In this document: positions 20,801-27,522 of the stretch, piece by piece
Position numbering within the stretch: position 1 is the stretch's first letter
Layout of the letters: every line of letters begins with the position of its first letter
Assembly: GCA_942493055.1 (NCBI GenBank)
Contig: OW818680.1
Location: 4,038,406-4,102,405, forward strand
Reading direction: 5' to 3'
Length of the DNA: 64,000 bases
From: an uncultured bacterium
GTDB taxonomy: Bacteria > Verrucomicrobiota > Kiritimatiellia > RFP12 > UBA1067
Translations under genes and position numbers: made by a program
Notes under the pieces: generated by a model
Told to the model about the DNA's origin: nothing
Seen by the model: only the letters and a program-made list of their open reading frames with translations
Database searches by the model: none

Positions 20801-21006
20801 GTTCGCTTGACGTCACGGGCATGGTGCTCCATATCAACAACCCGGAGGCGCTCGTGCGTACGCAGACGTACACCCTCATTCAGACCACAAGCGGTGTGAC
20901 CGGCGTTTCCACGACCGACGCCCCGCTTCCTCCAGGCTGGAAGGTTGTCCGCCGCAGCAACGCCCTCCAACTCATCACGGAATTCACCCTCATACTCTTT
21001 AAGTAA
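11869..21006 (+). CDS. Giant secreted protein (3045 aa): N-terminal SGNH/GDSL hydrolase domain, long run of autotransporter-associated beta-strand (PATR-like) repeats, PA14-like domain, two tandem copies of an unknown ~265-aa domain, C-terminal repeats; no PEP-CTERM or beta-barrel seen
   Basis: RBS AAGAGGTG. Signal peptide MKKTMFALVVSIAVFITAIPCLA. GDSITYG...GTND...DNLHPN are the SGNH blocks. Recurring LTLSGxNTYTGxTxVxxGTL-type repeats throughout. PA14-like block GYLWNRQSSSVTWTFACNMDDHIQLKIDD. Confidence 0.85.
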   Translation: MKKTMFALVVSIAVFITAIPCLAQAPRIRIMPLGDSITYGANSDGIGGGYRYPLYVALTNAGYNVDYIGTQTSIPHAGLGAEINHEGHSGWHVSAASNGLYENILTWLSQIDVPDVVLVHIGTNDTGDAPNFPGTINELDALITRIAAARPYAHIIVTTLLKRGTNDSDSKYVLINTYFNPFVAGIVQAHQLAGRRVHFLDMHAYLERTDMYDNLHPNNVGYGKMAAAWFPAITNIVSPYGDFVPPAVSTVRYASANTLSVTFSKPIDLAASSAVTNPAAWGVSPAGVVAAVSALSSDLRSITLTVSGVLPNIVSTLSFNGSITDLVPASSGGPFTATFSGAVGAFATPGIGRYWTGLGPDVLWGTAANWSDNLLLGLATAVFSGSGNGKSTVSLGAANAIVSHSSNIMFAPDATAYTLGLPGQTLSLPAARITLEAGSVNNQTVAATLLLGGSLDIYNNEPSKRLTLNYTNNTARNIYVYGTGPVTFDTLRRPAGSELSNNNPIELHLRSPGTVTCTGPITLGTLWKDNNYLPSELILAPHTTNIICRDNWDFALSGATISGGEGTVLRLARVQVGVPAAIALQTANPVTISCRLECPSGLATLNNGGGGWVNGTLVLTYPDNDIPGNITFDRGNCLQVPFVAPNGTPNPLGSSPTINFINPLNGTPARLRVTSAVPSSADKAFTVEKDRAAIQNAGSGTLTLSGPISGNGSVVFEATAGNIVYSGIRSGAGGITKEEPFGLTLSGPNTSTGPLTLSAGATTLSGAWAGPATLAANSSLDISGTLASNLTLNAAASLSGTVSGAVMVNAGAALTVLPGASLSGPSVILSGSTLALNPAAADSFTLALPALVVTNANAFLSVSAAATASAVTISNLTLNNKTLLVSAPAAGTARNRIFITGLATGPASGILLNGLPAAYSDSDGLYPAASTLPPVAVTGEQIPNAPGSAATVSNAPASTLTLAQPSVTLGQLDYAAPTSGVLDLGGGVLGVSNLIVSGAALTVSNGTLTASAAPHTNAFYSGINQPRIDIFTDDASTEISSSKTYTHLLDPGLAVDTVAVINGVTFTKITNNTTYTDPGTGFGWSGIPAGSHHENFPSGWTNTIPRPAGDGLYNLINGMGYAGYNMTITLSGLTPGAVYEFRAYGREWDNFPTAIDRTHVWTFYTTSNAAPVVSFSFDQNHTPPHALTLRYVAASDKLTVKTWRVNVTGNPDPGIYGITNEKIADAPVGADVSPATLTLSASDGALTAAAAVGDPARPVSLITSGDVTLEGPATILGTTLFSQDLALAPSTAGTTQYLGGAVSGSGALVKSGPGSAVLLAANAYPGGTAVSGGILNGGTSTSFGTGPVNVLSGGAVGLADVLLNSITFLNVFTIAGSGPDGLGALRNDTTALQYNAFKYVTLSDDATIGGGTSYGPSIPLGSILGQNVEQGRFDIRNGTLDFGGHSLTKAGNSAFILTSDRILGVTDDTDVDVTGGTFGMEVSTDLGGSAANTLTLRSGAAFDFFNLTTPIRWSLLAENGAHISTRSGNSAQNNWAGPVTIQSGTVTLDGPNNVTFSGPISGAGGFVQGSGTTYLRNPTNTFTGSTTVTGGSLYTSYDGTIPNPVGFTLSGGTFYAYLGDGVDPAKGWTSAGINDLVTQGAITAGDGPAFSLDATPYAAAIDGALPSCRIRKYGTNILIRSADTPSPGILYVHNGIIELTSGLWDAAANNKAFYVGAENNSNYLAVARLTGDAAFRHRDTGYNLSGSYTIVGDGTSSRGILTIGSNASYAGRLYAGNSAAAAGAVYQTGGTVLDFGGSGSDSRFGYSGFGYLDITGGSFTTKGYTQFGHQSNSYGTLHMTGGTFTFNSGTVPAQGVVGDYYGGTLATRSGNGHLFLEGGSLTTGSTYIQLPENQTQDAPLSAILTVGGDANVSTAWLLTGNYEKNVPTSIVNLNGGRFSTGYIQKGSGTGNSANNANAQTYINFNGGELALTAPGAIVRKSGTAPDPRLTVYEGGAVIDANTQNLTLDYPLAAASGMGVAAISVSNPGAGYIAPPFVLISGGGGTGAVAVAELDAVPGKVTGFRILCPGSGYTSAPTVTLGGGGFITTASGATAVTGPVATTGGLSLKGPGTLTLTAANTYRGPTAVTDATLALSPAGSITETSALILDNASFSAAGRDLTNALLRVSGNSTLVAGSLTAAALDKTGPGTLTLSARLALTTNAPASVSTDFTPVPGLAEGFVVGSGADSSSTNPCFAFVPTWRALNGYVGEGLYINGAQWPNNTTYIYSGYLWNRQSSSVTWTFACNMDDHIQLKIDDAVVVERGSFITTSDTSLKTVTLSPGPHKFELRAGQGTGNVGGYWTRSDGTRIAIGVDKLNRGLAWSAGTDFADTLDPLEDPGDGSLFTVNSPYEETLGLVPATGTSGVPADILAKVGSVADGFSVTYGTDVFPTNSPDIYNCNPALWQTNNSASAARFDRVAYYLEIRKTGESVSQWVWVAFDAHTVNRRALAFPGKLAGERFQHQRKVRNLTVRSNVAGITEVTDSDTGNIEVFCANYGNGTTPALGLNGRTDIYDFDDTPTGSIAPNQTGYGCLQVHNWGAGETLFAVDNFGGGNNILCMGIGNRPGASQTSSGAQLDYTFDQNAETGYTLRRFYILTRDLVPPTPPAPIATVTEGTLRVAEAAGAMPVPADILAKVGSPADGYDMVYYSPVSTTAAAAYNGTAYTIDNSAETLPFDRVAYFLEIRDKNTLATNWVWVSFTAHTQDRTKLGYPNRNGATFKWQQKVYNMDVRSNVGTVTEATGVNTGNLEIWPSNYGTGLGLPDIGGSATTFDFNDDGSNTGIGHGSFQIHNWGAGQVLFSISHCGSSGNPLGIGIGNNPTWSNNDPDYTFTYNAGNYDVRNLYVFVRPATAPEDVGRLLADTDVNLAAGTVLDLNDSSQTVRSISGTGTISNGILAATSVISPAGDGTVGTLALANVQLASGVQYRADLGDLLDVTGSLDVTGMVLHINNPEALVRTQTYTLIQTTSGVTGVSTTDAPLPPGWKVVRRSNALQLITEFTLILFK

Positions 21007-21024
21007 CAAGCGTAAATTATTAAA

Positions 21025-21060
21025 GGGGGGTCCGGCCAACGCCGGACCCCCTTCTTCTTG
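21025..21060 (+). terminator. Rho-independent terminator after the giant gene
   Basis: GGGGGGTCCGGC-CAAC-GCCGGACCCCC hairpin followed by TTCTTCTT, 19 nt after the TAA. Confidence 0.5.
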
Positions 21061-21434
21061 CCTATAACTTCAACTTCTTTGCCCACGAAACACACGAAAA
21101 TCACGAAAAAATGAGCATCTTCGTCTCCTTACTTAATCTCCCTAATTTTTCGCAGCCTGTTTCGTCTTTATCTTCGGTGTTAGCTTGTTGCAAGCGAAGG
21201 GCTTATCTCCTGGGAACGCCGACGCCAAGGCTACGGCGGCCAGGCGTCGGCGCTCCCAGGGCAATAAGGTGGCGGAGCCGTCCCGGCTCCGGCGGGCAAG
21301 ATGCCCGCGCTCCTTTGAGGGCAGCAACAGAAGGGAGCGTGGGCGTCCCGCCCGCATGAAAGAGGAGAGCCATTCTTGTCTGTCCCTCTGTAGGCCGTTC
21401 CCCTGTTGCCGAAATGAAAAGTTAGTGGCATTGG

Positions 21435-21477
21435 GCATCCTGCCTGTGCACTCAACAAACAGGCAGGATGCCTGTTC
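21435..21477 (-). terminator. Strong hairpin, possible terminator for the GH43 gene (or the stem of a small RNA)
   Basis: GCATCCTGCCTG ... CAGGCAGGATGC, a 12-bp perfect stem in the 550-bp intergenic region. Confidence 0.3.
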
Positions 21478-21556
21478 TCCCAGTTTCTTGCGAGCCGACG
21501 AGAGCGTTTGGGTCATCGACTACTCCACCCTGTAAAATGACTCACAACGCCTTATC

Positions 21557-22519
21557 TTAGCGCAAATCGGGCCAGTCGTCCGAAGTCCAGTGGAGTTGAG
21601 CGAGCGCCAGCTTGGAGATCCCTTTATCATCGCGGTCGTAGTAGTGGTAGGTGAACCACTCGGTCCCGTTCTCGACAAAGCGCGCGGCATGGCCTGGGCC
21701 GATGAAGCGTCCTTCCGTTTTCAGGAAGAGTGATCCGCCGCCCTTGGCCAGGTCAACGCCGTCGCGGCCGAGATAGGGGCCGGTTACGGAGGTGCTGCGT
21801 CCCACGCGGATTTCGTATGTGCTGTCCAGGCCTTTGCACCCGAAGCCCCAGTTGACAAAGAGATAGAAATACTTTCCGCGCTGGATGAGGCATGCAGCTT
21901 CGATCGCCTGCGGTTGGCTGGCCAGGTGGGTGACAGGCGATGCGGGTGTGATCCGCTTGCCTGTGGCAGGGTCGAGCTGGATGAGGTAGATGCCCTTCCA
22001 GTAAGAGCCGAAGGCCATCCAGAGGGTGTTGTCGCTGGCCATCAGGATGCTGGGGTCGATGCAGTTGTAAGGCATGCCCTTGCGGGACTGTATCACAATG
22101 CCCTGGTCGATCCATTGGTAGGCTGGCACTGACGGATCGAGGGTTGTGTTCACGGCTAATCCAATGGCCGAGACTTGGCTGCCCCACGACGAGACGGAGT
22201 AATAGAGATAATATTTATTGGTCGCCATCTGGATGATGTCCGGAGCCCAGAGGTGATCTTTGTAGAGCGGGACCGCATTCGTGGTCCATGCGGGAATTTT
22301 TCCAGGAGGAAAAACTTTTCCGCCAGTGCTCCAGTTTGTCAGATCTGTCGAGTACTTCCAGACGATGCCGTTTCCTGTGGAGTAGATCGTGTAACGGTTG
22401 CCGCACTTCGCAATCGTGGAGGGGTCATGCGCCTTGAGATGGCCTTGAAGCGGCTGTTGCGCACAACAGGCCGAGAGTGCCATGCAGAGGATGAACGGAA
22501 GTAACACATGTGAAGTCAT
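21557..22519 (-). CDS. GH43 family glycoside hydrolase (arabinanase/xylosidase-like), secreted
   Basis: Start at internal Met MTSHVLLPFILCMALSACCA (signal peptide; GAGGAG RBS). GH43 hallmarks HDPS and WAPD are present. Confidence 0.75.
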   Translation of the reverse strand: MTSHVLLPFILCMALSACCAQQPLQGHLKAHDPSTIAKCGNRYTIYSTGNGIVWKYSTDLTNWSTGGKVFPPGKIPAWTTNAVPLYKDHLWAPDIIQMATNKYYLYYSVSSWGSQVSAIGLAVNTTLDPSVPAYQWIDQGIVIQSRKGMPYNCIDPSILMASDNTLWMAFGSYWKGIYLIQLDPATGKRITPASPVTHLASQPQAIEAACLIQRGKYFYLFVNWGFGCKGLDSTYEIRVGRSTSVTGPYLGRDGVDLAKGGGSLFLKTEGRFIGPGHAARFVENGTEWFTYHYYDRDDKGISKLALAQLHWTSDDWPDLR

Positions 22520-22529
22520 ATTGCTCCTC

Positions 22530-24332
22530 TTAAGGATGTGTTGAGCTCGTTGCAGGCGCTGACGCGGAGAAGTCAACGATGACATTTCCAGCATAGAGCT
22601 TTCCCTGTTCGAAGCGGGTTTTCTGCTCCGCCGGAACTAGCGTGGCGAGCACAGCGGCGTCTGGCGCGATCGTGATTTCAATCTCGCGCGTTGTGGCTTC
22701 GCCGAGCCACGTGTTGCTGCTGGCGTCCCAGACGCGCACAGGCTTGTCGCCGACCGGCAGCTTCACCTTCACCGGCAAGAGGCTGGGATTATAAAGCAGC
22801 GTGGTGGGGAAGGAGGGCTTTGCGAAATAATCCGTCTTGCACGTGTCGATCGCGATCACGCCTTCGACGTTCGTCGCCTTCACGAGCGAGCCGAAGATGC
22901 CGCTCAACGCGCCGCTGTAGATGCCGAGATTGAGCGGTCCCCAGCCATGGTTCGACGGATCGCCGGAGCCAAACGGTCCGGGTTCACCGGTCTGATTGTT
23001 TTTCTCTATGAGGCCCTCGTAGGGGATGGCGGTTGTGTATTTCGAGGCCCACGCCCAGTCGGTTTGTTTCTCCGGCGGGAGTTGATCAGGGTAGAAATGG
23101 CGCGCGCTATGGACAGCTGCGTGCATCCATTTACCCACGGCGCGCGCGAGACGGTTGTCATAACGCGTCGCAGCGACGAGAGGCCAGGCATAGACAAACG
23201 TCTCCATGGCGAACGCGTAACCGCCCCGATGCTTCGGCGTCGAGAGCGCGCCGCGGCTGACACCCACCAGCCCTGCAATGTCGTGCTCGCCCCAGCGGCC
23301 GCAAACGACACCCCAGCCGTCACCCTTGGAGATATCCTTCTCATGGGGGCCGATGCCGCGTACCGCACTGTCTTCGAAACACCAGCCGAATACTTTTCCG
23401 ACATCATAGCTGGTGTTGTGCTCGGCATTGCAGCGCGCCGCGGCATACACGCCAAACGAAGGAAAGAATTCGTAGTTGATATTCCGCTCCTGAGCGCAGA
23501 GCCAGTCCAGCGCGTGGCGCGTCTCATGATAGAATTTTTTCTCTTCCGGCCACTTTGCGAAGGCCATCTGCATCAGGTAGGCCAACGCCGCCGCGGAGTC
23601 CGGCTCACGCCAGCGTTGAACCGTGGCGCGTTGGCTGCGCAGGTCATAGGCCTGAAAGCTGAAGTCGTTCAACTGCCACAATTGAAGCGTCGCCTGGGCC
23701 CAGCGTTCACAGGACTTTTGCCATTTATCGGTCAGCGCTTTCTCCTGCGGGTAGGCGGAGACCAAGGCGCCCGCGAAAAGGTTCGGTGTGATTTCATACC
23801 AGAAGCTGCCCCCGGAACGGCCGTTGATGCTATTCAGGAAGACCCCGTCTTCCGGCGAGAAGTAGGCCTCCTGCATCCGCACGAGATTGACAGGTTGCGC
23901 ACTTCCGGGCACGCCATACTGTGTCATGTCCTTTCCCAGCAGTGTGCCGCTGATGAGGAGGCCCATCGAGACGATCCCTTCGTGCTCTTTTCCAAAGACG
24001 CCCCATTGGTTTTTCATGCCGACGTAGCTCGGCACGCCGAACGTCGTCTCCTTCCAATGGACCTTCGAGTCGTCCCACCACATCAGCGGCAGATACTCGC
24101 CCTTGCGCACAGGATCGAGCGTGAACGAGAGGAACGCCTCTGCACGCTGATGCCAGTCGATGAGCGTGTAGCCCTTTCCCTCGCGCGGGAAGGCTTCAAC
24201 ACGCGGCGTGGTGATGTCACGTCCTGCGTCAGCAGCGTTCACAGCAGCCGACCCGGTCAGCATTTGGAAAACAAATAAGAGCGCCGCCAGGCTAAACGTC
24301 TTCAATGTACGAAAGTCTTGTTGAATTTTCAT
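22530..24332 (-). CDS. Secreted protein of unknown function (about 600 aa), possibly a glycoside hydrolase
   Basis: Start at MKIQQDFRTLKTFSLAALLFVFQMLTGSAAVNA (signal peptide). ATGA start/stop overlap with the upstream AAA ATPase gene. Confidence 0.6.
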   Translation of the reverse strand: MKIQQDFRTLKTFSLAALLFVFQMLTGSAAVNAADAGRDITTPRVEAFPREGKGYTLIDWHQRAEAFLSFTLDPVRKGEYLPLMWWDDSKVHWKETTFGVPSYVGMKNQWGVFGKEHEGIVSMGLLISGTLLGKDMTQYGVPGSAQPVNLVRMQEAYFSPEDGVFLNSINGRSGGSFWYEITPNLFAGALVSAYPQEKALTDKWQKSCERWAQATLQLWQLNDFSFQAYDLRSQRATVQRWREPDSAAALAYLMQMAFAKWPEEKKFYHETRHALDWLCAQERNINYEFFPSFGVYAAARCNAEHNTSYDVGKVFGWCFEDSAVRGIGPHEKDISKGDGWGVVCGRWGEHDIAGLVGVSRGALSTPKHRGGYAFAMETFVYAWPLVAATRYDNRLARAVGKWMHAAVHSARHFYPDQLPPEKQTDWAWASKYTTAIPYEGLIEKNNQTGEPGPFGSGDPSNHGWGPLNLGIYSGALSGIFGSLVKATNVEGVIAIDTCKTDYFAKPSFPTTLLYNPSLLPVKVKLPVGDKPVRVWDASSNTWLGEATTREIEITIAPDAAVLATLVPAEQKTRFEQGKLYAGNVIVDFSASAPATSSTHP

Positions 24333-25492
24333 GAAATGATTTCTGAACAGGTTTGCCAGCCTCGCACCTGGACACCTTGACGGGTGAGCACGTCTGTACC
24401 GCCATAGATGAGATGGCATGACCTGGGCGATGATTTTGTCGTCTTTACCCATGCATTGAGGGTGGCGAACCAGTCCGTGGCCTGCGTCTGTCCGGATTTG
24501 CACTCAATCAGGTCAAAGCCTTCAGAGTCCTCGCTAAGGAAATCGACTTCAAATCCACTCTGGTCACGCCAGAAGTAGAACTGTCGTCCACTGTCGCAGG
24601 CATAGTCCTTTTTCATGAACTCCAGCAGGACCCAGTTTTCAAACAGTGCTCCACGCAAGGGATGGCCTGACAACTCTTCTGTTGAACGGATGCCCAGGAG
24701 TCTGCAGGCGAGCCCCGTGTCGTAGAAATAAAGTTTTGGCGTCTTTATCAGACGCTTTCGAAAATTCGTGTGGTAGGGGTTGAGGCGAAACGCGATGAAC
24801 CCAGCCTCTAACACACTCAACCAAGCTGCCGCTGTCTTCTGGTCGATACCGCAATCCGCACCGAGACGGTTCTGACTGACCAGTTGTCCGACAGAGCCTG
24901 CGCATAACCGGACGAATTGTCGGAATTGAGTACGGTCATGGACCTGCTTGAGTTGTTGAACATCGCGTTCGATATAGGTTTCAATATACGCATTCAGCCA
25001 GTGGACAGGCGAGACCGGCGCTTGGAAAAGGGAGGGATACCCCCCTTTGAATACCGCATCCCAGACCGAAGGGCTCCCCTGTGAAGCCGATGCCAACTCG
25101 AACTCTGCAAGCGGCAGCAAATGGATATGCGCGATACGTCCAGCCAACGACTGTGGGATACCCGCGTTCAGCGAAAACTGCTGAGAACCTGTGAGGATAT
25201 ACTGCCCACATTTCTGCGACCGGTCCAGAAGCCCTTGTAGATAGGAAAAAAGATGAGGCACTCGCTGAACCTCATCGAGGATAGCACCCTCTTTAAATTG
25301 AGCGAGGAAGGCTCGAGGGTCTGACAACGCGAAATCGCGTACGTCGGGATCTTCAAGCGTCACATACGTCTTTTTTGGAAAGGTCTTCTGCGCCAGCGTT
25401 GTCTTGCCGGACTGCCGGGGCCCGGTGATCGCGAGCGCTTTAAACTCCTTGATGAAGGTGGCAGCCTTGTTTTGTATCAGCCGTGAGATCAT
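24329..25492 (-). CDS. AAA-family ATPase of the DUF4143-containing type
   Basis: Walker A GPRQSGKTT with N-terminal AAA_14-like and C-terminal DUF4143-like regions. Confidence 0.7.
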   Translation of the reverse strand: MISRLIQNKAATFIKEFKALAITGPRQSGKTTLAQKTFPKKTYVTLEDPDVRDFALSDPRAFLAQFKEGAILDEVQRVPHLFSYLQGLLDRSQKCGQYILTGSQQFSLNAGIPQSLAGRIAHIHLLPLAEFELASASQGSPSVWDAVFKGGYPSLFQAPVSPVHWLNAYIETYIERDVQQLKQVHDRTQFRQFVRLCAGSVGQLVSQNRLGADCGIDQKTAAAWLSVLEAGFIAFRLNPYHTNFRKRLIKTPKLYFYDTGLACRLLGIRSTEELSGHPLRGALFENWVLLEFMKKDYACDSGRQFYFWRDQSGFEVDFLSEDSEGFDLIECKSGQTQATDWFATLNAWVKTTKSSPRSCHLIYGGTDVLTRQGVQVRGWQTCSEIIS

Positions 25493-25586
25493 ACCCGTCC
25501 TTGTCTAGTTAGGAAATTGATTCCTAGATTAACAAAGCTGACCCTTCCTGTCAAGCGGCCCCGCCTTCATTGCGATATTGAAGTGC

Positions 25587-26180
25587 TTAGACCTTCTCGG
25601 CTAAGGCCTCTTTATCTTTATCGGAGAGTGCGTCGATAGCCTTGTTGCAGTGCGGGCAGGTGCTGGTCGTATTCCACGGGAAGAGCTTGTTGCAGGACTT
25701 ACACGTCCAGCGCGTCTTCTGTTCCGCAGCCACGGCCTCCATGCCGTCCTTCTTGATTTTCTCACAGGTGCGGCGCGCTACTTGACGGTAGAGCGGCTTC
25801 TCGTGGTGCTTCTTGAGTTTCTCACACGTGTCGAAATTCTCGCACAGGCCGCAGTTCGCCACCTTCTTCTTTTTAGCGCAGGTAAAGATCGCACACTTGG
25901 ACTCCATGGCCGGATTCGTGCACCCCTTACACTTCTTGCCTTTCTTGTCGCCTGTCAGATGGAGCGCGCAAGCTGTACAGTAGATGCCGCAATAGGCGAA
26001 ATCAAAGCTTTTCTTGTCAGACAGTTTGCCTCCTTCTGCGCCTCCGGACGTAGTTGTCGTGTCTTTCAAACTTTTTGCGTTACGGCTGGAGGACTCCGCT
26101 GCACCCAGAACACCCGCGCATCCCGCACATACACAACACGCCATAAATGTCCGCCGGTCCGTCGATCTTAAATTGCTCAT
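25587..26180 (-). CDS. TAT-signal, cysteine-rich DUF3795-like protein with C-terminal zinc-ribbon
   Basis: DRRTFMACCVCAGCAGVLGAA resembles a twin-arginine signal. YCGIYCTAC...CKGC...CAIFTC...CGLCENFDTC is a DUF3795-like pattern. C-terminal CKSC...CPHC is a zinc-ribbon. Co-operonic with two sulfatases. Confidence 0.6.
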   Translation of the reverse strand: MSNLRSTDRRTFMACCVCAGCAGVLGAAESSSRNAKSLKDTTTTSGGAEGGKLSDKKSFDFAYCGIYCTACALHLTGDKKGKKCKGCTNPAMESKCAIFTCAKKKKVANCGLCENFDTCEKLKKHHEKPLYRQVARRTCEKIKKDGMEAVAAEQKTRWTCKSCNKLFPWNTTSTCPHCNKAIDALSDKDKEALAEKV

Positions 26181-26193
26181 ACCCTAATCCTTC

Positions 26194-27522
26194 CTATTTT
26201 TTCTTTCTCTTTTGAGTTTTTGCGGGAATATTCTCCTCGGTGTCATCGCCTCCGCCGGCTGGGGCTGCATCTTTCATCAATGCTGTGAGTTTGGCCTGAA
26301 GCTCTTTCAGCTTTTCAGGTTGCGAGGAGGCAAGGTCTTTTGCTTCGCCGAGATCCGTGGAGAGATTATACAGTTCGTCATTCTTTTCTGAATGAACGAG
26401 CTTCCAGTCGCCCATGCGCAGGGCAGCCCCGCCGCGCTTGGTCGCGCAGATCAACAAAGCATCGTGCGGGGACTTGGCGCCCTGCGTCAGCACCGGCCAG
26501 ATGTCGCGTCCGTCGAGCGGCAACTTCTGGTCGAGCGAACCGCCTGCGAGTTTGAGGAGGGTCGGATACCAGTCCACGCCTTGCAGCGGCTCGCTGATGG
26601 TCTTGCCCGCAGGAATGTGTCCCGGCCAAGAGGCGAAGGCGCAGACGCGGATGCCGCCTTCGTAGATCGTGCCCTTGCCCGCACGCAACGGACCGTTCGA
26701 CGTCACCTTCCCGGGTGAGGGGCCGCCGTTGTCGCTGGAGAAGATGATCAGGGTATTGTCGAGGAGTCCCTTCTCCTTCAAGGCCGCAATTACCTGGCCG
26801 ACAGCTTCGTCCATGGCTGAGACCATGCCGGCATATGTCTTGCGCACGCCGTTGAGGTGTCCGTAGGGCTTGAGGTAACTCTCTGGCACCTGATGCGGCG
26901 AATGAACCGCATTGAAGGGCAGGTAGAGGAAGAGCGGTTTCTCTGAGGTTTTCTCGCGGATGAGACGGCACGCCTCCTTTGCAATCAGGTGCGTGGAGTA
27001 GCCTTCGTCCTTGCAGGGCTGGTCGTCGCGGTGCCAGTCCAGTGTGTCGTCGCGCTTATGGGTGAAGTAATCAATCGCGCCGAACCAGTGTCCGTATTGA
27101 TGGTCGAAGCCGCGTTTGGTCGGACGGTAGGCCTCCTGGAATTCACCCAGGTGCCACTTGCCGACAATGGCCGTCTCATAGCCTGCTTCGCGCAGGGCCT
27201 GCGGCAGAGTGCGCTCCTCAAGGCCAAGGCCCCAGGGCGCATGCGGACGAACAATCGTATAGACACCGGTGCGCGTCGGGTAACGTCCCGTCATCAACGT
27301 GGCGCGCGTGGGTGAGCAGACGGGCTGGACATAGTACGAGGAGAGGATCGTGCCAGCGTGAGCGAGCTTGTCGAGTTCCGGGGTGCGGATCTCTTTGCTC
27401 CCCATAAATCCGGCATCTTCGTATCCCATGTCATCGGCGAGGATGTAGAGGATATTGGGTTGCGCGGCATGGGCGGAGAATTGAGCTGTGCACAGCGCCA
27501 GCAAACACAAGAGCTTTTTCAT
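26194..27522 (-). CDS. Cys-type sulfatase (arylsulfatase family), secreted
   Basis: Signal peptide. ILADDMGYED. CSPTRATLMTGRYPTRTG is the CxPxR signature. Confidence 0.85.
   Translation of the reverse strand: MKKLLCLLALCTAQFSAHAAQPNILYILADDMGYEDAGFMGSKEIRTPELDKLAHAGTILSSYYVQPVCSPTRATLMTGRYPTRTGVYTIVRPHAPWGLGLEERTLPQALREAGYETAIVGKWHLGEFQEAYRPTKRGFDHQYGHWFGAIDYFTHKRDDTLDWHRDDQPCKDEGYSTHLIAKEACRLIREKTSEKPLFLYLPFNAVHSPHQVPESYLKPYGHLNGVRKTYAGMVSAMDEAVGQVIAALKEKGLLDNTLIIFSSDNGGPSPGKVTSNGPLRAGKGTIYEGGIRVCAFASWPGHIPAGKTISEPLQGVDWYPTLLKLAGGSLDQKLPLDGRDIWPVLTQGAKSPHDALLICATKRGGAALRMGDWKLVHSEKNDELYNLSTDLGEAKDLASSQPEKLKELQAKLTALMKDAAPAGGGDDTEENIPAKTQKRKKK

Noticed and set aside
20900-21006. Looked for PEP-CTERM, LPXTG, a T9SS CTD or an autotransporter beta-barrel at the C-terminus of the giant protein
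   Set aside because: The tail (...PPGWKVVRRSNALQLITEFTLILFK) has no PEP motif plus TM plus Arg-rich pattern, no LPXTG, and is too short for a barrel. No sorting signal is called.
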